From a virus (taxonomy: Duplodnaviria; Caudoviricetes), in the IMG/VR virus record IMGVR_UViG_3300025301_000042, positions 1 to 37,379 of that record: a stretch of 37,379 nucleotides of DNA. The stretch is one strand, 5' to 3'. Below the pieces are notes generated by a model. The model worked only from the letters and a program-made list of their open reading frames with translations. It ran no database searches and was not told the DNA's origin. Both the position numbers and the translations under genes were made by a program. Numbering within the stretch: position 1 is the first letter of the stretch; every line of letters starts with the position of its first letter. Below, one piece after another: positions 1-9,277 of this stretch.

Positions 1-164
1 TTCAAGGTGGTGCAGGAGTGACAATGTACATGGATGCAGTACAAATTATCAACTTGATTCCTTATAATCCTATTGCAGATATGGGATTTGAAGAAGAGGA
101 AGGGTTTGAAGATGATTCAGATTCAACCTCTATGGAATTTAAAGAAGAGGATGAGGACTTCTAA
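1..164 (+). CDS. ssDNA-binding protein (T7 gp2.5-like), C-terminal part, 5'-truncated by the window edge
   Basis: Not in the ORF track. Frame from nt 3 reads QGGAGVTMYMDAVQIINLIPY...GFEEEEGFEDDSDSTSMEFKEEDEDF*. The acidic tail ends in F and sits directly before endonuclease I, as in T7. Confidence 0.88.
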   Translation, partial: QGGAGVTMYMDAVQIINLIPYNPIADMGFEEEEGFEDDSDSTSMEFKEEDEDF

Positions 165-543
165 AGGTTTCCGTAACCAATTTGAAGAACGACTAGGCTC
201 CTTCCTAGACGATAGGCGTATAGCTTATGAATACGAAACACTTATTCTAGGCTATACGCTGGAAGGAAAGTACAAGCCTGACTTCATATTACCTAACGGA
301 ATAATAATAGAAGCAAAAGGTTTCTTCAGGACACATGCTCAACGAGCATTGAGAGCAGTTCAAAAAGCACATCCTGAATTAGATATTAGATTAGTTTTTT
401 ATAATCAAAATCAAAAAGTACAAGGTTCAAATCTTAAATGTTATGAATGGGCAGTCAAATATAAATTCAAATTTTCAAACGGCTCCATTCCTGAAGAGTG
501 GATAACAAATGATTCTACCAAAAATAAGAAGAAAAGAAACTAA
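151..543 (+). CDS. Endonuclease I / Holliday junction resolvase (T7 gp3-like)
   Basis: FRNQFEERL...YKPDFILPNGIIIEAKG (PD..ExK) and HPELDIRLVF. The likely start is ATG 151 (MRTSKG), not the track start at 73. Confidence 0.93.
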   Translation: MRTSKGFRNQFEERLGSFLDDRRIAYEYETLILGYTLEGKYKPDFILPNGIIIEAKGFFRTHAQRALRAVQKAHPELDIRLVFYNQNQKVQGSNLKCYEWAVKYKFKFSNGSIPEEWITNDSTKNKKKRN

Positions 544-943
544 ATATATTATTATTCATTGTAGCAACTCACCTCCTAGCAAAGACTTAACTGTATGTGA
601 ATTAAATAAACTACACAGACAGAAAGGATTCTTAAATATAAGATACCATTTAATAATAAAACGAGATGGAATCATAGAAGCAGGGAGAGATATAGATGAG
701 GTAGGTTCACATACGGAAGACTTGGATGATCAGTCAGTATCAATATGTCTAATTGGTGGAGTAGAAACTGACAAAGATAATGAACCTAGATTAAATTATA
801 CTGCTAGACAATGGGAAACATTGAGGACTCTAGTAAAATCAATGTGTCTGCTATATCCTGAAGCAAAAGTGGTAGGATTCAATGAGGTGGACACCAACAA
901 AGTCAGTCCATTCTTCGATGTACAAGCATGGTTTGATTTTTAA
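509..943 (+). CDS. T7 lysozyme (gp3.5)-like Amidase_2 protein, probably catalytically inactive
   Basis: IIIHCS, IRYHLII.RDG.IE.GR, GSH, SVSICLIGG. The C-terminal Zn ligands are replaced (GFNE...KVSPFFDV). Confidence 0.9.
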   Translation: MILPKIRRKETKYIIIHCSNSPPSKDLTVCELNKLHRQKGFLNIRYHLIIKRDGIIEAGRDIDEVGSHTEDLDDQSVSICLIGGVETDKDNEPRLNYTARQWETLRTLVKSMCLLYPEAKVVGFNEVDTNKVSPFFDVQAWFDF

Positions 944-954
944 AAGGAGAAACA

Positions 955-1308
955 ATGGGGAAGGGAATTAAAAATCGTGGATCACAAATACATAAAGTAA
1001 AAACTAAATATAACAGGAAGAGAAACATGCAAGAGAAAGTTGATTGGTCTGAGTTTAAACCAGTACCAAAGGAAGAAGATGAAGATAGGGAAATGGAAGA
1101 GACCTATACGTTTCGTCAGGTGAGAATTAATTTTGATCCACCTTCACATAATCTAGTTAAGATGCGATTTGAAGCAGAGACTTTACCTTTATTATTGGAT
1201 AGGTTCTTAGATTTCTTATCTGCAAGTGGCTACACTTATGTGGGTAGTTTAACTGCATACTCTAAACTAGATGGTAAAACATGGACGACTTTGGAAGAGA
1301 GCAAGTAG
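955..1308 (+). CDS. Hypothetical protein
   Basis: Fills the gap between amidase and primase; AAGGAG RBS upstream. Alternative start at ATG 1027. Confidence 0.65.
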   Translation: MGKGIKNRGSQIHKVKTKYNRKRNMQEKVDWSEFKPVPKEEDEDREMEETYTFRQVRINFDPPSHNLVKMRFEAETLPLLLDRFLDFLSASGYTYVGSLTAYSKLDGKTWTTLEESK

Positions 1309-2933
1309 ATTCTACTTGTGTTACTCATGTACCTTGTCCTAAGTGTGGATCTAATGATAACCTTGCCATCTATGATGATGGGCATGGTTTCTGTTTCAGT
1401 CCAGGCTGTGGCTACCAACAAGGTGAAATATTAATTGAAAAAATTTCGGAGAGGAAGGAAAAGATGAAAACTGATTTCGTATCGGGTGATAAATTACCGC
1501 TTCAAAAGAGGTGTATCACACAAGATACCATTAACAAATGGGATTACCAGACAGGGGAATTCAAAGGAAAGAAAGTTCAGATAGCAAACTACCGAGCCAA
1601 AGGTTCCAATGGAATAATTGCACAGAAATTAAGATTTTCTAACAAGGACTTTCTATTTATAGGAGATACTAAGAAGGCTAACTTGTTCGGTAAACATCTC
1701 TTCTCTAAAGGGAAGATGATAGTAGTAACCGAAGGGGAACTGGATGCAATGTCAGTATCACAGGCACAAGGAAATAAATGGCCTGTTGTTTCAGTAGCTT
1801 CGGGAGCAGGAGGTGCAAAGAAATGTCTACAAAGAGAACTAGAATATCTGGAAGGATTTGATTCAGTAATTCTGATGTTCGATCAGGATGATGCAGGGAA
1901 GAAAGCGGTTGAAGAATGTGTACCTCTGTTCTCACCTGGAAAAGTTAAGATTGCTCACCTTCCATTGAAGGATGCAAACGAAATGTTGAAGGAAGGTAAG
2001 GAGAGTGATATTATCTCTGCTATCTGGAACGCACAGGTTTGGAGACCTGATGGTATCATAGACGGAAGGGATCTATGGCATCTAATCTCATCTGAAGATA
2101 ATATTGAATCATTTCCTTACCCTTTCTCAGGTCTGAATGGGATGACTCAAGGTTTAAGGAGAGGAGAAATTGTAACCATCACGGCAGGTAGTGGAGTAGG
2201 TAAGTCTCAAATATGTAGAGAGATAGGCTACTCGTTGATGTTGCAAGGACTTAAACTAGGTTACTTAGCATTGGAAGAGAACAATAAACGTACAGCTTTA
2301 GGATTCATAGGACTCTACTTAAATAAACCTATTCATCTACAGAACATAGAGTGTACGACTGAGGAATTAAAAGATGGATTCGATGATGTACTAGGTACAG
2401 GTAACCTATTCCTTTATGATCATTGGGGTAGTGTGGAACCAGAGAATCTATTCAATAAGATTCGTTACTTAGTAAAAGGAATGGAATGTGATTGTATTAT
2501 ATTAGATCACATTAGTATTGTAATCTCAGGTCTCACAAGTGGTGGAGATGAGAGGAGAATGTTGGACTTTGTAATGACTAAGTTGAGAAGTTTAGTTGAA
2601 GAATTACAATGTGCTCTTATCCTTGTCTCTCATTTACGAAGACCTAGTGGTGACAGAGGACATGAAGAAGGAGTACAGACTTCACTCAACCAACTTAGAG
2701 GTACACATGGAATAGCACAACTGTCTGATATTGTAGTAGGTTGTGAGAGAAATCAACAGAGTGAGGATGCACCTAACCTTACCACAGTACGAATACTAAA
2801 AAACAGGTGGACAGGAGAGACAGGCATTTGTAATTTACTGGAATATTCCAGACAGACAGGTAGGATGACCGAACTTTCTCAGGATAATATATTTGAAGAA
2901 GAAATTAGCGAGGAAGAAAACAAAGACTTTTAA
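1281..2933 (+). CDS. Primase-helicase (T7 gp4-like)
   Basis: Zn finger CPKCGS...CFSPGC, TOPRIM EGELDA and FDQDDAG, Walker A AGSGVGKS, IILDHISI, LRG...IAQLSD, KNRWTGETG, acidic C-terminus ending in F. Confidence 0.97.
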   Translation: MDDFGREQVDSTCVTHVPCPKCGSNDNLAIYDDGHGFCFSPGCGYQQGEILIEKISERKEKMKTDFVSGDKLPLQKRCITQDTINKWDYQTGEFKGKKVQIANYRAKGSNGIIAQKLRFSNKDFLFIGDTKKANLFGKHLFSKGKMIVVTEGELDAMSVSQAQGNKWPVVSVASGAGGAKKCLQRELEYLEGFDSVILMFDQDDAGKKAVEECVPLFSPGKVKIAHLPLKDANEMLKEGKESDIISAIWNAQVWRPDGIIDGRDLWHLISSEDNIESFPYPFSGLNGMTQGLRRGEIVTITAGSGVGKSQICREIGYSLMLQGLKLGYLALEENNKRTALGFIGLYLNKPIHLQNIECTTEELKDGFDDVLGTGNLFLYDHWGSVEPENLFNKIRYLVKGMECDCIILDHISIVISGLTSGGDERRMLDFVMTKLRSLVEELQCALILVSHLRRPSGDRGHEEGVQTSLNQLRGTHGIAQLSDIVVGCERNQQSEDAPNLTTVRILKNRWTGETGICNLLEYSRQTGRMTELSQDNIFEEEISEEENKDF

Positions 2934-2948
2934 TAGGAAGGAAACAAA

Positions 2949-4682
2949 ATGGAAGAGGTAGTTTTAGATATAGAAACAGATGGTCTGTTGGACACAGTAA
3001 CCAAGGTACATTTATTAGTGTATCGGAACTTAACTACTGGTGATTTAACGGAAGCAGATTCACATGAAACTATATTGATGGCATTGGAAGACCTGAAGGA
3101 TAAGAAAATAGTTGGTCATAATATACTAGGCTTTGACTTGATAGTTTTGAGAGACCTCTATCAATTTTCAGTACCTATAGATCAGGTTATAGATACTCTT
3201 ATTTTATCTCGGCTACTTTATCCTAACATAAGGGATAAAGATAGCGTAATAAAGAAGATGGAGGTTAAATTATGGGGTAGTCATTCGTTGAAAGCATGGG
3301 GAGAAAGGTTAGGTTCCTTCAAAGGTACATATAATCAACAGGAAAATGCATTTGAGAAACTTACTCCTGAGATGAGAGACTATTGTATAAATGATGTTCA
3401 TCTTACTGAAAGTTTGTATGAATATTTTCGTCCTGATATTCCTTCAAAGGAAGCAGTTGATTTGGAACATAGGATTGCAGACATCTGTTTCAGGCAGGAA
3501 GAGAGAGGGTTCTCTTTTGATGAGAAGAAAGGAGCAGAATTATATGTAGAGTTGGCAGAGAAAAGATCTATACTAGCACAAAAATTAAGTGAAGTGTTTG
3601 GATCATGGATCATAGATGAAGGGCCAAGGAAGAATGGAATGTACAACAAGATTAAGATTGTAGATTTTAATCCTAATTCTCGTAAGCATATAGCTAAGAG
3701 ACTACAAGAATTGAGAGGGTGGATTCCTAGAGAGTTCACTCCATCAATGGAACCTAAGATTGATGAGAAGGTTCTGAATAAACTAGACTATCCTGAAGCT
3801 AAGTTGATGTCTAAATATTTTATGTTGAATAAAAGAATAGCACAATTAGCAGAGGGTAACCAAGCATGGATGAAACTTTGTAGAAAAGGTAAGTTACATG
3901 GGAGAGTCAACACGATGGGAGCACAGACTTCACGCTGCTCTCACTCACACCCTAATATCGCTCAAGTTCCGAATACTAATGCACCCTATGGGTCAGTATG
4001 TAGGGAGTTGTTTAGGCCAGATACAGACATGGATCTATTGGGAATTGATGTATCTAGCCTGGAATTGCGTTGTCTTTCGCATTATCTGGCTAGGTATGAT
4101 GGCGGTAGGTATGGCAAGTTACTACTTGAATCAGATATTCATACTGCCAATCAAAGATCTGCTGGTCTTGCCACTAGGGATCAAGCTAAGACTTTCATCT
4201 ATGGTTTCCTCTATGGAGCAGGGAATGAAAAGATTGGTCAGATTGTTGGCAAAGGTAAAGCGGAAGGAGCAAGATTAAAGAAAGAATTTCTAAGTAAGAT
4301 TCCTGCTCTGAAGTATCTAAGAGATGCAGTACAGAAGAAAGCAAAGTCAGGATTTATAATGGGTTTGGATGGAAGGAAAGTACCTGTACGTTCCAACTAT
4401 GCAGCACTCAATACATTACTTCAATCAGCAGGAGCAATTATCTGTAAGAGATGGATAGTTGAGATGCATTCTCTACTTCAGGAGGAATTTGAAGACGGAG
4501 AGGATTATGCACAAGTAGCTTTTGTTCATGATGAAGTACAACTTACAGTAAAGAGGGAGTATGGCAATCGAATCGGAGAACTTGGAGTCAAGGCAATCGC
4601 AATCGCAGGAGAGAAGTACAATTTTAGAATCCCACTCACAGGTGAATTCAAAACAGGTTCCAATTGGGCAACCACACACTAA
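2949..4682 (+). CDS. Family A DNA polymerase (T7 gp5-like)
   Basis: Exo I DIETDG, exo II HNILGFD, HSLKAWG, motif A DVSSLELR, motif B RDQAKTFIYGFLYG, motif C VHDEVQ. Confidence 0.97.
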   Translation: MEEVVLDIETDGLLDTVTKVHLLVYRNLTTGDLTEADSHETILMALEDLKDKKIVGHNILGFDLIVLRDLYQFSVPIDQVIDTLILSRLLYPNIRDKDSVIKKMEVKLWGSHSLKAWGERLGSFKGTYNQQENAFEKLTPEMRDYCINDVHLTESLYEYFRPDIPSKEAVDLEHRIADICFRQEERGFSFDEKKGAELYVELAEKRSILAQKLSEVFGSWIIDEGPRKNGMYNKIKIVDFNPNSRKHIAKRLQELRGWIPREFTPSMEPKIDEKVLNKLDYPEAKLMSKYFMLNKRIAQLAEGNQAWMKLCRKGKLHGRVNTMGAQTSRCSHSHPNIAQVPNTNAPYGSVCRELFRPDTDMDLLGIDVSSLELRCLSHYLARYDGGRYGKLLLESDIHTANQRSAGLATRDQAKTFIYGFLYGAGNEKIGQIVGKGKAEGARLKKEFLSKIPALKYLRDAVQKKAKSGFIMGLDGRKVPVRSNYAALNTLLQSAGAIICKRWIVEMHSLLQEEFEDGEDYAQVAFVHDEVQLTVKREYGNRIGELGVKAIAIAGEKYNFRIPLTGEFKTGSNWATTH

Positions 4683-4698
4683 CTGGACTACCTTTGGT

Positions 4699-5079
4699 AT
4701 GGCAGGAGAAGAACTGGTTCGTTATCTTATACACATGTGGAACTATCCTATGTTCTTACCTTTAGATCCTTCAGCACCTTTTGATTTGTTAGTTAAAGGG
4801 GAGAATGATTGGATAACTATTCAGATAAAACATTCAATTCAAAAAACTTTTAAGTTGATGCGAGAAAAAGGAAGTAAAGAGAAGAGGATATATAAGACAT
4901 ATCAGGAAGGAGATTTTGATTACTTATTTGTATGTCAATTTCCTTATATTTATATTGTACCTTGGAAGAATTTAAAAGCTGTATCATGCTTCACATTTAG
5001 CATGTATGAACCATATCGTCACGACTTGACGGATGAAAACACTTATGTAAACAAAGTAATTTTAAAAAAAGGAAGGTAA
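4699..5079 (+). CDS. PD-(D/E)XK nuclease, putative free-standing homing-type endonuclease
   Basis: GEELV...P...PFDLLV...IQIK...Y..GDFDYLFV pattern. Start uncertain; ATG 4699 is preferred over 4561, which overlaps polA. Confidence 0.65.
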   Translation: MAGEELVRYLIHMWNYPMFLPLDPSAPFDLLVKGENDWITIQIKHSIQKTFKLMREKGSKEKRIYKTYQEGDFDYLFVCQFPYIYIVPWKNLKAVSCFTFSMYEPYRHDLTDENTYVNKVILKKGR

Positions 5080-5081
5080 AG

Positions 5082-5915
5082 ATGAAAGAATTATTAATTG
5101 ATGCAGACATATTTGTATATAAAGCTACTAGACTCTCAGAAAGGGAGATCAATTGGGAAGGTGATTCGTGGACTCTCCATTCAGATATGAATGAAGTTAA
5201 AACTATAATTGATGATCAAATTGGGAAGATAATAGAGAAGACTAAGGCAGATAAAGTAACTCTATGTTTTAGTGATAAGAAAAATTATAGGAAAAAAATT
5301 AATCCTGATTACAAGAGTAATAGGAAGGGTGGTAGAAAACCTATGTGTTTCTCTAATGCAATTGATTATTGTAAGAGTGAGTACTTACACAGTCAATGGG
5401 ATTGGTTAGAAGCTGATGATGTAATTGGTATAAGGGCAACCAAACCTTCCAAGACAGAGAAAATAATTGTTAGTGAGGACAAAGATCTTCTAACAATTCC
5501 AGGTTTACATTGGGATTTTAAAAAGGAGAAGATATATAAATGGTCAGAGAGTCAAGCTGATTACCAGTTTTTATATCAAGTTTTAGTAGGAGATACAGTT
5601 GATAACTACAAAGGATGTCAAGGAGTAGGCCCAATATCTGCCGAAAAAATTTTGAGAGAAAATACTGATTCGGTTTATGATATGTGGGTAGCAGTATTGA
5701 ATGCTTTCTTTAAGGCAGGACAGACTGAGGAAGATGCTCTTACAAATGCTAGGATGGCTAGGATTTTAAGATGGCATGAGTTTGATGTGGGTACAAGAGA
5801 AATTATATTATGGACTCCTAAAGGGGAAGCTAAAACATTCAATGCTAATCCTGTATTAAATCCTGTAAAAGAGACACCATTGATTCATGAACCTAATCTG
5901 TGGAGGACTCCATGA
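5082..5915 (+). CDS. 5'-3' exonuclease (T7 gp6-like)
   Basis: LIDAD, NYRK..NPDYKSNR, LEADDVIG, DKDLLTIPG, GDTVDNYKGCQGVG, ARMARILR. Confidence 0.95.
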   Translation: MKELLIDADIFVYKATRLSEREINWEGDSWTLHSDMNEVKTIIDDQIGKIIEKTKADKVTLCFSDKKNYRKKINPDYKSNRKGGRKPMCFSNAIDYCKSEYLHSQWDWLEADDVIGIRATKPSKTEKIIVSEDKDLLTIPGLHWDFKKEKIYKWSESQADYQFLYQVLVGDTVDNYKGCQGVGPISAEKILRENTDSVYDMWVAVLNAFFKAGQTEEDALTNARMARILRWHEFDVGTREIILWTPKGEAKTFNANPVLNPVKETPLIHEPNLWRTP

Positions 5916-6475
5916 TTGATCAATCTCAGAAGCAGAAAGAACAATGGAGAGACTATGTTGAAGATAGTTTGAAGCATCCATTAGATAATAGGTATAGTTC
6001 ACAGGTAGTCCAAGATCATATTGATAAAGAGAATGAAGAGATGACTAAAGATCCAGTAGGATATGAACGAAGGAACAGTCCTAAAAGTACATTACCCTTG
6101 GGAAATAAAGATGAGATGGATGATCAAGAGAACATACGAAAAATTAGACTACAGAATTTTAAGAGACATCCAGAAAAGAATATACATCATGCTTTAGAGG
6201 AAAGGGATCTACCTTTAGTAGATGATAATACATCAAGAGAAGAATTAGATATGTTACGGAGACCTTTGGAAAAGGAAGAGGTAACTAATCCTAAACATTA
6301 CAATGAAAGGAAGATGGAACCATTGGATTATATAATAGCAAACGAACTGGATTTCTTGGAAGGTAATGTAGTAAAATATATTACACGCTACACATACAAA
6401 GGTGGAGTAAATGATTTATTAAAAGCTAGAACTTATTTAGAGAAACTAATAGAAAGGGAAAGAGATGGAAGATAA
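5912..6475 (+). CDS. DUF3310 / T7 gp1.7-like (nucleotide kinase-like) protein with long N-terminal extension
   Basis: C-terminal VTNPKHY...EPLDYI...FLEGNVVKYITRY..KGG..DLLKA..YL signature. Confidence 0.8.
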   Translation: MIDQSQKQKEQWRDYVEDSLKHPLDNRYSSQVVQDHIDKENEEMTKDPVGYERRNSPKSTLPLGNKDEMDDQENIRKIRLQNFKRHPEKNIHHALEERDLPLVDDNTSREELDMLRRPLEKEEVTNPKHYNERKMEPLDYIIANELDFLEGNVVKYITRYTYKGGVNDLLKARTYLEKLIERERDGR

Positions 6476-8381
6476 GTATTTACCTACCCAGTATCAGCAG
6501 TACATTCATTTGTCTAGGTACTCACGTTGGGACTATGATAAAGAAAGAAGAGAGACTTGGGAAGAGACAGTAGGTAGATACTTTAGTTTTTTCAAAGAAC
6601 ACTTGGAAGATAATTGTGATTATCAAGTTCCATCTAAAATATTAAAAGAACTAAAGGATGCAGTACTTTCCCTGCAAATTATGCCGTCAATGAGATGTCT
6701 AATGACCGCAGGTGCTGCATTGAAAAAAGAAAATGTTGCAGGATACAACTGTGCATATCTTCATGTCGATTCACCACGTTCATTCGATGAGATACTATAT
6801 GTGTTGATGAATGGAACAGGTGTAGGGTTTAGTGTGGAAGCTAGACACATAGATAAATTACCTATAGTGCCTTATGAACTGCATCCTACTGATACTATTA
6901 TACAAGTTAGAGATAGTAAGTTAGGATGGGCTAAAGCTTATCGTGAATTAGTAAGTCTTCTTTATGTAGGTGTAGTTCCTGAATGGGATTTACAGAAGAT
7001 TAGACCTGCAGGATCACCATTAAAAACATTTGGTGGTAGGGCAAGTGGGCCTGAACCATTGGATTCCCTCTTCAAATTTACAGTTGAGAGTTTTCATAGA
7101 GCTAAAGGTAGAAGATTAAAACCTATTGAATGTCATGACATCATTACTAAGATAGCAGAGATAGTAGTAGTGGGTGGAGTTAGGAGAAGTGCATTGATAA
7201 GTCTCTCAGATTTAGGTGATGATCAAATGAGAACTGCTAAATCAGGTAGATGGTGGGAAGAAAATCCACAGAGAGCATTGGCAAACAACTCTACTAACTA
7301 TCATACTAAACCTGATGTAGGAACTTTCTTCAGAGAGTGGACTGCACTCTACGAATCCAAAAGTGGAGAGAGAGGAATCTTTTCTTCGTACAATTCCAAG
7401 AAAAAATGTCTTGAATTGAATGGTAGGAGAGAAGAAAGGGAAGACTTTGGTACGAACCCTTGCTCTGAAATAATATTGCGGTCACGAGAGTTCTGTAACC
7501 TCTCTGAGGTAATTGTACGTTCCGATGATAAAATTGAAGATTTTAAGAGGAAAGTTAGATTAGCTACCATTCTAGGTACATGGCAGAGTACACTTACCCA
7601 CTTTAGATACCTCAGTAGTGATTGGAAAATGAATTGTGAGGAGGAGAGACTACTAGGAGTATCATTAACTGGTATAATGGACAACTTTATATTAAATAAA
7701 TTGTCATCAGATCTACCAATAATTTTAGATGACCTGAAGAAGGAATGTGTGAAGGTAAATAAAGAGTGGAGTAAGAAATTAAGTATCAATCCTTCTAGTG
7801 CAATCACATGTGTAAAACCTTCAGGTACAGTCTCTCAGTTAGTAGATTCTGCAAGTGGGATTCATGCTAGACATGCTCCTTATTACATCAGGACAGTTAG
7901 GTCTGACTTAGGTGATCCTATTGGTAAGTACATGGTAGATGAAGGAGTACCTACTGAACCTGATATAACTAATCCTAGTAATGTCACAGTATTTTCGTTT
8001 CCTATTAAGTCACCTTCCAAATCTGTGATACGAAACTCACTATCTGCAATTGAACAATTACAACTATGGTTAGTATATGCGAAATCCTGGTGTGAACACA
8101 AACCATCCTGTACAATCTCAGTCAAGGAAAACGAGTGGCCTGAAGTTGGAGCTTTTGTATTTGATAATTTCCATTCTATATCTGGCATTAGCTTTCTTCC
8201 CTATTCTGATCATGTCTACAAGCAAGCACCTTATCAGGAGTGTACTGAAAAAGAATATAAAGAACTAATTAAAACAATACCTACCTTAAATTGGTCTAAA
8301 CTTTCTGAATATGAAAGTATAGATCATACTACTTCCTCACAAGAGCTATCATGCACAGGAAATACCTGTGAAATTCCCTAA
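6465..8381 (+). CDS. nrdJ: Class II (adenosylcobalamin-dependent) ribonucleotide reductase
   Basis: PSMR, YNC, GTGVGF, GGVRRSA, TNPCSEI, CNLSEV, VKPSGTVS, WCEHKPS and C-terminal CTGNTC. No beta subunit gene nearby. Confidence 0.92.
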   Translation: MEDKYLPTQYQQYIHLSRYSRWDYDKERRETWEETVGRYFSFFKEHLEDNCDYQVPSKILKELKDAVLSLQIMPSMRCLMTAGAALKKENVAGYNCAYLHVDSPRSFDEILYVLMNGTGVGFSVEARHIDKLPIVPYELHPTDTIIQVRDSKLGWAKAYRELVSLLYVGVVPEWDLQKIRPAGSPLKTFGGRASGPEPLDSLFKFTVESFHRAKGRRLKPIECHDIITKIAEIVVVGGVRRSALISLSDLGDDQMRTAKSGRWWEENPQRALANNSTNYHTKPDVGTFFREWTALYESKSGERGIFSSYNSKKKCLELNGRREEREDFGTNPCSEIILRSREFCNLSEVIVRSDDKIEDFKRKVRLATILGTWQSTLTHFRYLSSDWKMNCEEERLLGVSLTGIMDNFILNKLSSDLPIILDDLKKECVKVNKEWSKKLSINPSSAITCVKPSGTVSQLVDSASGIHARHAPYYIRTVRSDLGDPIGKYMVDEGVPTEPDITNPSNVTVFSFPIKSPSKSVIRNSLSAIEQLQLWLVYAKSWCEHKPSCTISVKENEWPEVGAFVFDNFHSISGISFLPYSDHVYKQAPYQECTEKEYKELIKTIPTLNWSKLSEYESIDHTTSSQELSCTGNTCEIP

Positions 8382-8410
8382 AAACAACCTTTATAGAGAA
8401 ATATTTTAAT

Positions 8411-8638
8411 ATGTTACATGGAAAACTAGGTGAACATGGTATATCCGAAGAACTTATAGCATGGTTAGAAGATGTAGTACCTGATAAAGTACCACCTTCT
8501 AATTGTACTATAGAAGATGTAAGATATTTACAAGGACAAAGACATGTAGTAAATTTAATTAAAACTACTTACGATGTCAGTACACAGACTGAAGATTTTT
8601 CTGGTGATTCAATACAAATTTTAACTAAAGTAAAATAA
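8411..8638 (+). CDS. Small conserved podophage protein at the start of the structural module
   Basis: LEDVVPD..P.....I.Y.QGQR.VV..I pattern in the usual position upstream of the portal in T7-like phages. Confidence 0.7.
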   Translation: MLHGKLGEHGISEELIAWLEDVVPDKVPPSNCTIEDVRYLQGQRHVVNLIKTTYDVSTQTEDFSGDSIQILTKVK

Positions 8639-9253
8639 ATGAGTTGGTTTTCTGATCATGTTTATGATGCTAGTCATTGGACTAATGATACTGGAAAAGC
8701 TAATATAGCCTCTGCTATTAGTGCTCCTCTAGATAAGGCAACATTCGGTATATATTCTAATACTCTCGTGTGGGAGGAAGGAGAGTTTAGTATAGGTGGA
8801 TTAGGAGGTTCAAATTTAATGGGTGGTTCCCTCGGTGAAGGTTTGTATGCATTAGATGATTTTGTTAATAGGGACTTTCCTAATTTTTTAAAATTTCCTG
8901 CCGATAGTCTGTCTGCAAACGAAGAAGGAGATGGATCTTTAAACCAGTTTAGACAAAATTGGAGAAGTTACTGGACACAAAAAAGGGAAGAATGGAATGA
9001 GTTTAGGGATGATTATGCTCTGAGTCAGGTTCCTTTCCATAGTGCGGCTGGTGCTGAAGAAGATGATACTACGGAAGCTTCAGTAAAAGGCCCAGGAAAG
9101 ATGCGTGGTAGAGATCCAGAAATGGCATTTAATGAAGGTGTAAAAGGATATGGTAGAAGCTCACTAAAAATAGGAAAAGGTGGTGGAGGAGGCTCAAGAA
9201 TTGGTGGAAAATTTGATACTTATAAATCTGGTAGATATTCTATGCCAAGTTAA
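8639..9253 (+). CDS. Putative small virion protein (gp6.7/gp7.3-like C-terminus)
   Basis: Position before the portal; C-terminal KGYGRSSLKIGKGGGGG resembles the basic G.xSL.I/V end of T7 gp6.7/7.3. Confidence 0.55.
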   Translation: MSWFSDHVYDASHWTNDTGKANIASAISAPLDKATFGIYSNTLVWEEGEFSIGGLGGSNLMGGSLGEGLYALDDFVNRDFPNFLKFPADSLSANEEGDGSLNQFRQNWRSYWTQKREEWNEFRDDYALSQVPFHSAAGAEEDDTTEASVKGPGKMRGRDPEMAFNEGVKGYGRSSLKIGKGGGGGSRIGGKFDTYKSGRYSMPS

Positions 9254-9277
9254 ACAAATTAGAAGGAAGGAAATAAA

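Noticed and set aside
73-150. Extended N-terminus of endonuclease I from the ORF track
   Set aside because: Overlaps the SSB coding frame; family similarity starts at ATG 151.
2949-8381. Introns or inteins in polA or the RNR
   Set aside because: Both reading frames are continuous and compact, with no splicing motifs.
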